Positions 53,137 through 64,000 of a DNA stretch of 64,000 nucleotides are shown one piece after another. Numbering within the stretch: the first letter of the stretch is position 1; every line of letters begins with the position of its first letter. The translations under genes were made by a program, and so were the position numbers. The notes beneath the pieces were generated by a model. It was not told where the DNA came from, did no database searches, and was given only the letters and a program-made list of their open reading frames with translations. Source of the DNA: Eledone cirrhosa (taxonomy: Eukaryota); assembly GCA_964016885.1 (NCBI GenBank), contig OZ024741.1, forward strand, positions 278,814,001-278,878,000, in the 5' to 3' direction.

Positions 53137-53462
53137 CGAAGGAAATGTGGTAAGGAACCAGATGGACCATAACGCACCAAAGTACTCAATACTTAGGGTA
53201 GAAGAGTGGGTAATAGGAACGAGTAGGAATTAGCCGTCGAAACGGCTTGAGCTCAGCCGTCGGGGTCCTACTCGTTCCTATATAGATATATATTAAAATA
53301 ACAGATTAAAGTTTAAGCAAAGAATCGCTGCTTTCAGCCTTAACGGGATCTTCTGAAATATTTATTTGAAATAAATATTTGCTCTACGGTTCTTATATAT
53401 TTGATATATATTTATCCTTTATCGAACCCTCTTTGGATTTTAGTCTTCAAATTTATTATTAT

Positions 53463-53542
<80 letters not shown>

Positions 53543-54040
53543 ACTAGAAATTGATTGACATATAAATATATCTAAAATAAACGTATGAAACAATCTCAGG
53601 GGATAATTTGTAAAAGTGTGTAAGCACACATAGCTATGTAGGTAACTAAATAAAGTTTAACTAGAACTTCAAAAATAGATACCTTATAAATTGATTAATC
53701 TTCCTTGTATATATTCCATTAAAGAAATATATTTCACCAATTAATCGATTGGTTAACGACAGTAGCCAGATCTTGGATTTTCAACAAGGAAGAGGACTAA
53801 CCATCTGTGTTTACGCATCAAATTCAAATCAGCGACTGGCCAGTAACACGTGCTGTATTTACTAAAAATACTCACATCGTATATTGATAGTTGATCGACA
53901 AGATCCCACACCTTATTCGCTTAACGAGTGGGGTGGAGCTCGTCCAATCGGACCGAGGAAACGATGTTTCCATTGGTCTTTCCAATTGCTAATACTATCT
54001 GTCGGTCAAAAATCCATATATATACATACATATGTGTGTG

Positions 54041-54154
<114 letters not shown>

Positions 54155-54204
54155 CACACATATGTACATATACACACATCTGCAGGCACATGTATATACC
54201 ATCA

Positions 54205-54243
<39 letters not shown>

Positions 54244-54413
54244 CAGTGATCTATAATATCATTACATGGATGTCTTGTAAGTAAGGCTTCTTTTCCATTC
54301 TTATTTATTTAATTTTATGTCTGCTTTTGAAAGTTTAAAGTTGTTACTGTTAATGTCTACACCTGCGTATGTATGTATGTATACACACATACATACATAT
54401 ATATATATATATA

Positions 54414-54532
<119 letters not shown>

Positions 54533-54892
54533 GAATGGCGGCAGTAAAAACCTCTTAGACCATTACTCACCAGAGTACTCGATACTTGGGGTAGTAGAGT
54601 GGGTAATGTGAAAAAATTCAGGACCCCGACGGCAGAGCTCCAGCCGTTTCAACAGCTCGATCCAAACTAGCTGTTGAAACGGCCGGAGCTCAGCCGCCGG
54701 AGTTCTGAAATTTGTTCATATATATATAATTATATATTAGAAAAAACGAGTAAGTTTCGTTAATATGTATATGATATTTATTGTGTTACGCACGTTCGAA
54801 ACTTCCTCGTTTTGTTATAATATATACACTCTGCCTGTGCATAGAGTGCTTGTTTTGGTACCAACACCAGTAATTCATTGAATCATCTGCAC

Positions 54893-55015
<123 letters not shown>

Positions 55016-55210
55016 TTTTATTATTTTTCCTGGCTTCAGCCAATAGGCTACCGCCATGGTGGGGCAACGATATGAAAGGATTGTTTTAAAGCCTGGAATT
55101 TATTTTCTCAATTTCTATTTGACTAAATGTTAAGTTACAAGGCATAGGCAAACAGCCACCAAACATACACACGCACACACACATACATATATATATTTAT
55201 ATATATATAT

Positions 55211-56635
55211 TAGGGTGGCCCTTAGCAATAGGTAATTTTCCAAACGTTTTGCTGCTCCCACCCGTACTCCCGTTTCAATCAATATAAAAACGGGGTGAGC
55301 AATATTTCAGCTCAATCAGAAAACTGTTAGGTGGCCCTTGAATTTGGAACATAGTATACGCAACGATTAATTCTGTTCAAAAGCTATATACTGTTCCTTG
55401 TCTCGACCATTTTCTTTTTTCTTCCTAGAGAAATTTTTGTGGACACATCCAGGCAGCCCCAGCAAATGTTTAAAAACGTTCTGAATCAAATTTAATAATA
55501 GTTAATTTTAAAAATTTCTGAAATAACATGAAGAACTTAAGAAATTTTAGGTTTTCTTAAAACCTAACTTCTATAAGAGAAACGCATTTTTATTTACAAC
55601 AATAATTTCTATAGAATCAAAAACATGTGAACACTGAACATTGAACATTATTTTCGCATAAGAGAGAATTTAGTGGCATTTGGGCATGTTTTATGGTTTT
55701 GGGTAACGATCTGTAAAAACAAATTGCTTCTCAGTTTCCTCTTTTGTGAGAATGTTATTGTAATCCTGAATGAGTTTGACATCTTTTTCTACATTATTCA
55801 CAACTATCTTCTCAAGTTTTTCAGGTCCACTTTTGTAACCAGGATCATCCTTCCACGTTGAAGGGTCTTTGTCGAGGAAATCGGTGCCGAGAGAAAATCT
55901 CGTGAAGAAAGTTTTTGTACCAGGAGTTACAAAAGACAAAAAGGAAGAAAAGTCATTTTGGTGCAGAATGTACATCTTCAATTGATTTCTCTCACCCTTG
56001 TCTGCTTCCGGCATAACTTGAGCAATATTTGCCTTAATCTGCTTGCTTTCCTTTTATCCTTGCTCTCCTTACTCTCTTTTCTCCCCTTGCTCTCCTTGCT
56101 CTCCTTTTCTCATTGCTCTCCTTTTATCTTTGCTCTCCTTGCTCTCCTTTTATCCTTGCTCTCCTTTTCTTGTTACTCTCCTTTTCTCGTTGCTCTCCCT
56201 TTCTCCTTGTACTTTATATAACAAATACAATGAGAAAAGGGGAGCAAGACGAAATATAAAAGCAAGGAGAGTATATATATATCATATATATGTATATATG
56301 TATATGTATGTATGTGTATATATGTATATATATAATCAAGGTTTAGCAAATAAGAAAAAGTTTCAAAATAAATCATATTTATTGTCACTTATCCTTCTAA
56401 TACCAAGAATATGTCTGAACAAGTTTTTAATTTAAGAGAAAATTATATAAGAGGTAACAAATTTTTATCTGAAAAAATGACTTTCCGGGCGACAACTTCA
56501 AACTTTTACGGTCGATGAGGGTCGCCTTGCCGTTGTTCGATTGAGGTAAGGTTTTGTAGAGGCTGGTTGTTTGTTAATTGGAATAAGACAGGCGAGTGGG
56601 AGCTAAACTTTTAGAAAGTTGAAATAAGGGCCAGC

Positions 56636-56638
<3 letters not shown>
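55211..56638 (-). mobile_element. Internally deleted hAT-type DNA transposon
   Basis: TIR tagggtggccctta / taagggccagccta (one mismatch); 55691-56014 frame VVNNVEKDVKLIQDYNNILTKEETEKQF resembles a hAT C-terminal dimerisation region; internal ctccttttatccttgct repeats. Confidence 0.7.
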
Positions 56639-56684
<46 letters not shown>

Positions 56685-56829
56685 AAGAGGGTGTCGTAAG
56701 ATACCAGGTGGACAATAACGCATTAGAGTACTCGATACTTTGTGTAGTAGAGTGGGTAATATGAAAAGATTATTTCGGATCATCTAGCTGTCGAAACGGC
56801 TGGAGCTCAGCCGTCGGGGCCCTAAATCT

Positions 56830-56872
<43 letters not shown>

Positions 56873-56874
<2 letters not shown>

Positions 56875-57848
56875 TGGCCGTTGACTCTTGTGAGTTCTTC
56901 CGCCCTTTGTCAGGTTTTGTTTTTTTGTCCTGCAGGGTGTCCAAAATCACCCTCCTCACCAAGTAAACTTGGTGGGGTTGCCGGTTTAGTCGCCGACGAC
57001 CCGACCATGCGATAGGTTATACCTGTTTACATGTTACCAGTAGCACTCAAGAGTGACCTGACACAAGTACCTCGGCAGTGTCATCAGCAGCGATGGAAGC
57101 CTCGACAAGGAGATAAACGCCAGGATCTGCAAGGCCAGTCAAGCCCTTGGCCGCCTGAGAACACGCGTCCTGAACCAGCACAAAATCAGACAGTCCACCA
57201 AGCTCAAGGTATAAAGGGCCGTTGTTCTCACCAGCCTCCTCTACGGATGTGAGACAAGGACACTGTACAGACGGCACCTGAAGCAGCTGGAACGGTTCCA
57301 CATGCGCAGCCTGTGGTCAATCATGAACATCAAATGGCAGGACAAGGTCTCCAACCTCGAAGTTCTTGACATGGCTGAGAGAACCAGTGTTGAAGCTATG
57401 ATACTGAAGAGCCAACTTCGATGGGTGGGACATGTCATCCGGATGGACGATCACAGGCTTCCGAAGCAACTGATGTATGGGGAACTCTGTTCGGGGAAAC
57501 GAAAGCGGGGCAGGCCTCTCAAGAGGTTCAAAGACTGCATGAAGTTCAGCATCAACAACACTGGAATCGCCCCAAAACAACTCGAGTCCCATGCTCAGGA
57601 CAGGACTGAGTGGCGAGCCCTTACCAAACGCGCCAAAGACATTTTTGAAGAGAAGAGACGGGCAGAGGTCACCGAGGCCCGTGAAAGGAGGAGAAAGGCA
57701 TCAGCAGCTGCCCCAAGCGACTCCGGTCTCTTCCCCTGCCCCCCACTGTCCCCGGATCTGCAAGTCAAGGATCGGCCTCCACAGGGACCTTCGTGCCCAC
57801 GGCAGACGGGAACTAAAATAAAGAAGATGTCATCATCGTGACAACCAA
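56873..57848 (+). mobile_element. RTE/BovB-like LINE: probable 5'UTR fused to the RT C-terminus and 3' end
   Basis: TKLKV*RAVVLTSLLYGCET...LRWVGHVIRMDDHRLPKQLMYGEL...GRPLKRFKD; C2H2 tail. Confidence 0.8.
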
Positions 57849-57859
57849 GATATATATAC

Positions 57860-57896
<37 letters not shown>

Positions 57897-58294
57897 AACA
57901 ATTTAAAAAAGGAAAACTCGTGCAATATAAGCTTAAAATAAAGATATTTACACACACATGTGTGCGTATGTATATGTGTATGTGTGCGCGTATGCGCATG
58001 TGTGTGCGTATGTGCGTGCGTACGTGCGTGCGTGCGTGTATGTCTGTGTGTGTGTATGTGTGTGTGTGTGAATTAGGAATGTTTGTGTACACTGTCGTAT
58101 TTACAGTTTATTTCTGTTTCTTTACGTTGAAAATAACTTTACGTTCTGTTAATTGGAGAGAACTATTTGATGTTTCGAAGATTTACTAAGACTTCTTTTA
58201 TTTTGTCCTTTCGTTATCAGATTTTTTACTTGTGAATGAATTGTTGACTGGTAGTGAGGTCTAGAAATAACGAGGCCGTATAACTACACAGAAG

Positions 58295-58620
58295 AAGCGA
58301 ATTGGCAGAGTTGTTAGAATGTCGGAAAGAATGTTTGTCGGTATTCGTTCCGGCTCTGTGAGAGGTCAACTTTGGCTTCTATCCTTTCGAGATCAATAAA
58401 AATAAATACTAGTCCACTACTAGGGACGATTCTTCCTTTATGTGATTGTCGCCATTTTACTCTATTACACCCCCCTCCTTCTCTAGAAGAAATTGGCCAT
58501 GTTTAGACATAGTGAGGCAGGATGGTCTCCACTAGGTTTAAAATGCCGAAGAAATGCGTTATCTCACTATGGCTCACTGAATTACTACGGCTCCATCAAG
58601 AGTTATAGGTTTCTATACAT
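58295..58620 (+). mobile_element. SINE subfamily B copy
   Basis: Homology to 8565-8860. Confidence 0.65.
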
Positions 58621-59079
58621 ATACAAACAAATCCACAGCATACATGCATAAATATATATATATAATTAAAATTCTTAAGTTTGAAGAATAGTCAGACAAA
58701 ATTTATCCAAGTCTTTCATATTTTTTAAATTGTATATTGACTACATTATCTCTTCTTCTTCTTCTTCTTCTTCTTCTTCTTCTTCTTCTTCTTCTTCTTC
58801 TTCTTCTTCGGTTTCCAGCGGCCACTGCGGGGAGGTCGACCACTCGGGCCCCGACTTGAGGACAGTTATGCTGCTATTTCTAAGTGTTAAAATGTGTTTA
58901 AAATACCGTAGTACTTCAAACGTTCAAGTTTTAACTCAATGAGCACTCAATACTGGTGGGTAGAGGCTAAAAATTAATTTTTCATCAAGCTGCCCGATAA
59001 AGTGACTCAGCTTCGAAGTCACTGCTATTTCCTATTTAGAATATTTTGTAGAACTTTTGTCGTTTCCAACGACGATTAC

Positions 59080-59320
59080 TCCAGCTGGTTTAGTCAACGG
59101 AACTTAACATAGTTCTCAGGGAGATTCAGCAAGATACAATGAGTGACAAATCTGATCTCTTCAATTACAGTTACAACTCATTTTTACCAGCTGAGTGGAC
59201 AGGTAAAATTGTGAGATAAAGTGTCATGTCCAATAACACAACGCGCCATCGGTCCGGGAATCGAACTCAAGACGGCTGTGAGCCAAACACCCTAATCATT
59301 AATACACGTATCTTCCGCCT
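59080..59320 (-). mobile_element. Degenerate CORE-type SINE
   Basis: gggaatcgaactc, ataaagtgtc, cagctgagtggac are reverse-complement matches to 45125-45270. Confidence 0.55.
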
Positions 59321-59345
59321 TAGAAACACACGCACACGCACACGC

Positions 59346-59385
<40 letters not shown>

Positions 59386-59386
59386 G

Positions 59387-59486
<100 letters not shown>

Positions 59487-59513
59487 TTATGTGCTCATGT
59501 GTGTGTGTATGTC

Positions 59514-59565
<52 letters not shown>

Positions 59566-59574
<9 letters not shown>

Positions 59575-59675
59575 ATATATATGATGAAACACAAATACCA
59601 ACATATCTGTATTTATATTGCTATATAAATACAGATATGTTGGTATTTGTGTTTCATCATATATATTAGTTTATA
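59566..59675. repeat. Perfect hairpin palindrome (53-bp arms, 4-nt loop)
   Basis: ...cagatatg arm is the reverse complement of catatctg... around tgct at 59619-59622. Confidence 0.9.
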
Positions 59676-59734
59676 CACGGCTCAGAAATATTTCTTTCTT
59701 TGAGCTAATTTCATTGTAAAAGAATTCATTACAC

Positions 59735-59777
<43 letters not shown>

Positions 59778-59869
59778 TACCCTTAAACACGTTGTGACTT
59801 CTCTCTCCCGCGTGTAGCTGGACAGTCACTTTTAAAATTCTCTTAGTGTTGTCTGAAATGTATAGACTT

Positions 59870-59949
59870 ACACACGCTGATGAACCGAGGCTAACCCATT
59901 TCTTTCAACAAATTACGGGTGAAACATATCTTTGGATTTGTACGTGTGT
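59870..59949 (+). ncRNA. Type I hammerhead with extended stem III
   Basis: acacacg-CTGATGA-acc...ggt-GAAA-ca.atc..gat.tg-TA-cgtgtgt. Confidence 0.78.
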
Positions 59950-60049
59950 TATATAGTTATAGAGGTATTTATTTACGCTTCAATTTATATTTTTAATTAT
60001 CGTGTCTATAGTCTGCCTTTCATAGGTTATAGATTCCATACACTGGTGG

Positions 60050-61314
60050 TTTTTCTTAGACATTAATTTAGACCTTCGCACACACACCCACAGACCCTTC
60101 CATAAGCTAAACGAGAAACTTAATTACATTCACAAGGACTCATGCCACCCTCCTACTGTTTTTAGAAACTTCTTTAAGAATATCAGTACTAGAATCTTAA
60201 ACCTCTCCTCTAATAAGGCTATCTTTGACAGGGCGGCACCCTACTAAAACACGGCGTTGGCTAACAGCGGCTTCTCACAATCTATCACTTACTCTCCCAC
60301 TAGCAACAACACCATTAAGAAAAGTAAGCGCAACAATAGACAAACTATCTGGTTCTCTCCTCCCTTCTGACTCAACGTTAAAACCAATGTAGGAAAAAAA
60401 TGTCTAGCCCTCTTAGATAGACACTTCCCCATAGGTCATAAATACCGCTCCATCTTTAACTGACACAAAGTTAAACTAGGATACTCCTGCGCTAAGAACA
60501 TGAAGGCCCACATCACCAGCAGCCCTAGGAGCAACACCCCACCAGGGTGCTCTTGCCGTAAACCTGAAGCTTGCCCCCTTCAACAGCAATGCAACGCACC
60601 AGCTGTAATCTATGAAGCTGTGGTCACTTCCAACCGACCAAACGAACCACAGGAGGTCAAATCCTATGTGGGCATGGCGGAGGGCCGATTCAAGGAGCGT
60701 TTCCTGAACCACCAGTCTACCTTCAGATACCCGGACAGACGTTCAACCACGAAACTCGCGAGCCACGTATGGTCCCTCAAGGACTCAAGTATAGGCTACT
60801 CCATTCAATGGAAAGCCATCACTAAGTCCAAGCCATACGGAAGGGGAAATCCGACGTGTGGCTTATGTATTGACGAACGAATAACTATTCTAAAGAGATT
60901 ACGCAATAGTGATTGCCTAAATACGAGAAGTGAATTTTTCACACGCTGTCCACACGTCGCCAAACATCTATTGCATAACTACAAGGCTCCGGACTGATTC
61001 TTTGTAATTTTATTTTTAATTTTATTTTAATTTTATTTTCAACCTAAAAACTTTCCGGACTTTCGTAGTTATCTTCCTTACACCTCACGCACGTAGTCTA
61101 GTATTGCCTGTGTGAAGTGACCGAGTTTCTGCGCATGCGCGTTCGTACGGTTGTCCTTCCTGTTCCTATAACCATACACATCCCGAGCTGAAGATCCGCT
61201 AAGGTGAAACAATTGTTCTCGGTATGGTGAACTAACTGCTGTGTAACCACTTCTACCTAACTCGTCCCTTGGACTGAGTGCTCTACCACCACGGATATTA
61301 CCTTCCAGTATTCC

Positions 61315-61320
<6 letters not shown>
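60050..61320 (+). mobile_element. Penelope-like element 3' half (thumb, linker, GIY-YIG, pLTR)
   Basis: FLDINLDL...YIHKDSCHPP...IWFSPPF; ORF 60500-60997 CSCRKPEACPL...VIYEA...YVGMA...FKERFLNH...CGLCIDE...LNTRSE...CPH. Confidence 0.9.
61183..61222 (+). ncRNA. Type I hammerhead ribozyme in the PLE pLTR
   Basis: ccgag-CTGAAGA-t-cc-gctaa-gg-t-GAAA-caattg-TT-ctcgg. Confidence 0.8.
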
Positions 61321-61358
<38 letters not shown>

Positions 61359-61468
61359 ATATATATATTTAATTATATTTATTATATATATATATATTTA
61401 TATATATATATATTTATATATTATATATTTATATATATATTTATATATATATATTATATATATATATT

Positions 61469-61502
<34 letters not shown>

Positions 61503-61688
61503 ATATATATTATATACTATATATATATATACATACATAATATATATATACTATATAGTATATATATATATATATATAATATATATATATATATATAATA
61601 CATATATATATATATGCATATATAGATAAATAGATAGTGAGAGAGAGGGAGGGAGAGAGGCATTATATATATAATATATATATATATA

Positions 61689-61887
61689 GGCACAAGGCCA
61701 GCAATTTTAGGGAGGGGGGAAAGTCGATTAAATCGACCCAGTACGTTACTAGTGCTTTATTTTATCCACCTCGTAAGGATGAAAGGCAAAGTTAACCTCG
61801 ACGGGATTTGAACCCAGAACGTAAAGGGCCATAACTCTATGCTGTAAAGCATGGTGTCTGACGCTCTACCGATACTGCCAATCCAGC
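61689..61887 (-). mobile_element. SINE subfamily A-like copy
   Basis: Homology to 17958-18141. Confidence 0.75.
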
Positions 61888-62230
61888 GCCCTTTGCGCTA
61901 AAATATATAATACTTTTCGTATAGAAATAAGAATTTGTCATCGAAATTTTAAATATTGGAATACTGTCGAAATGTTGATTATTGAAGAAACCTGTTGAAA
62001 ACTAACAATGATATGGTGTGTCTGTGGGAAGCCTCTCTATGTTATCTATCGTAATATATATCATATATGTATGAGTTGGCGAATGCCTGGCTAAAAACTT
62101 TGAAAATTTGTGTTAATTTTTGTTATATTAAATATTGTGCATATATATGGAAATATACGTGTGTTTGTGCGACGGCGTCTGCATTTTATCAACGACAGTT
62201 CAAGTACCTTTTCTACTTAACATTTTGAAC

Positions 62231-62346
<116 letters not shown>

Positions 62347-62495
62347 GTTCAAGAAAGAAGAGTGATATGGTTTGCTATACAATAACGGGTTTATTCACAT
62401 TGCTGACAATTGTTTCTTTGATCTGGTAGGTCTAGAGTCAGCTACTCGATTGATGTTGCGTTAATGGACTGCATATAACGATAACCTGTTATCCC

Positions 62496-62534
<39 letters not shown>

Positions 62535-62538
<4 letters not shown>

Positions 62539-62693
62539 CTATTTCCATAGGGTAAAGGAAAGGAGTGTGCTCTATGTATGCTACAGAGCTATTTAATTAT
62601 GTAATAAAGAACATAAGACAATTATTCCATTTACTAAACGTTTCACGAAGACAGTTGAGCTCAACACAGACGTCTGAAATCGCTCATCAGATT
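62535..62693 (-). mobile_element. pLTR fragment with a decayed HHR (62628-62693)
   Basis: Reverse complement: CTGATGA-gcga...tcgt-GAAA-cgtttag-TA-aat. Confidence 0.6.
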
Positions 62694-62848
62694 GAAAATT
62701 TAATATGGACGTAAGATATGAATTTAAAAACAAAGGCTAAAACAATTGAAAACGAGGCTGATATATAATAAAATAAAGATGAGAAATAAAATAAAAAATA
62801 AAAAATAAAAAAAAATAAAATAACGGGAAATAGAAGGTTATGGGGAAA

Positions 62849-62904
<56 letters not shown>

Positions 62905-62906
<2 letters not shown>

Positions 62907-63440
62907 GAAAAATGAAATATCATTTCTCACTCTGAGTACGGCTGATACTTAAATGTAAGAATGTATACGTACATACATATATGTATACGAACGTACAGTA
63001 GTATGTATATAGATACATACATGTACACATATATATATATTATAATGCTCGGTTTGTTTGTAAACAAACAGCCCGAATTATTAGCCGTACAGTGTTCGGC
63101 AACCATCGTTGCCCTTTTGTTCAACACTGACAAATGAACGATGAACTAGTTTCTAGCTTATTAGCTGTCATCATCACCGTATACCTTCCTGTCAGTTGAT
63201 TCAACGTTTGAAAGTATATACTTTCCTTATGCATATTAACGGCTGAGCAGCCTAATTTGCATATCGAGTGAGTTAGTCGGCCGGGCGTACCGAAAACGAT
63301 AAATGGAAAAAATGAAATTTCATTTCTCAGTCTTAGTACGGCTGATACTTAAATGTAAGTATATATACGTACATACATATATATATGTGTGCATGTATGT
63401 ATGTATATACATACTACTGTACGTCCGTACATACATACAC
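62905..63440 (-). mobile_element. HHR-bearing non-coding repeat (family of 28290-28709) with a partial tandem copy; HHR 63140-63178 has C3 changed to A
   Basis: Reverse complement: ggtg-ATGATGA-c-agct-aata-agct-a-GAAA-ctag-TT-catc; 63305-63380 repeats 62905-62980. Confidence 0.7.
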
Positions 63441-63459
63441 GCATACATACATACACATA

Positions 63460-64000
63460 GCTTTTGAATGTTGCCTCATATGCCTTCGACAACATCTACT
63501 AATCACCAAGCGTATAAGCCCATCCATAGAACTTGTAGATAACTTCATGAGAGTTGGGAAGTATCTTCTTGAGAAATACTCCCTGAATGATGACACATAC
63601 ACTCATTGGAAATTGCACAGCATAATGCATAAAAGAGATAGAGCAAAACACCTAGATACGACAACAAATGCAAACTCAATAGAATAAACATCGAGTATAT
63701 CACTCACATCATAAACAGCTGTCCAAAGATACCACGATACTATTTACTTACGAGGCATGACGTAGTGACCAAAACTCTATACAATGCAATGCGTAGAAAG
63801 CATAGTTCAGGGAATAAAAATATAAAAAGTTGCAGCGATATGGAGAACTTACTCACACATATAGAATACTGGTGGAATTTACCGTCAAAACCCCAGTAAA
63901 ATATAGACATACGAGAGGTGACATAATGATATGCGACAGAAAAAAAGAGGCATGCACAGTAGTGGAAATTAGCTGTCCAGCAGATGTGAATATGTTGAAG
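63460..64000 (+). mobile_element. Degraded R4/Dong-like 3' coding region (runs off the window)
   Basis: TAFECCLI, HKRDR, RHDVV, EYWWN, CTVVEISCPADVN match 36662-37600. Confidence 0.75.

Overview
AT-rich, microsatellite-dense eukaryotic DNA with no recognisable host gene. The SINE repertoire suggests a cephalopod (octopus-like) genome, which is an inference. The window is almost entirely transposon debris inserted into simple repeats: fragments of Penelope-like elements (PLEs; RT and GIY-YIG), L1/Tx1, R4/Dong-like and RTE LINEs, tRNA-derived SINEs, a non-autonomous Helitron, a hAT-type remnant and a MITE. The main hidden signal is RNA structure. By hand I can fold about 25 type I hammerhead ribozyme (HHR) motifs (intact or decayed) from roughly a dozen distinct repeat families, mostly with a palindromic mini-stem III of the dimer-cleaving type. 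Two ORF-less units look like retrozymes (circular-RNA-derived retroelements): a near-identical 559-bp tandem array with one HHR per unit (1-3291) and a 749-bp unit present as a 1.15-mer (31861-32722). Unusual HHR variants include a compensatory U3-A8 core, a CCGAUGA core, very long stem II arms and a recurrent mismatch at the base of stem II. Many HHR-bearing repeats are inserted as head-to-head fold-back palindromes in (TA)n with an asymmetric 3' tail. All folds are manual and none is tested for activity.
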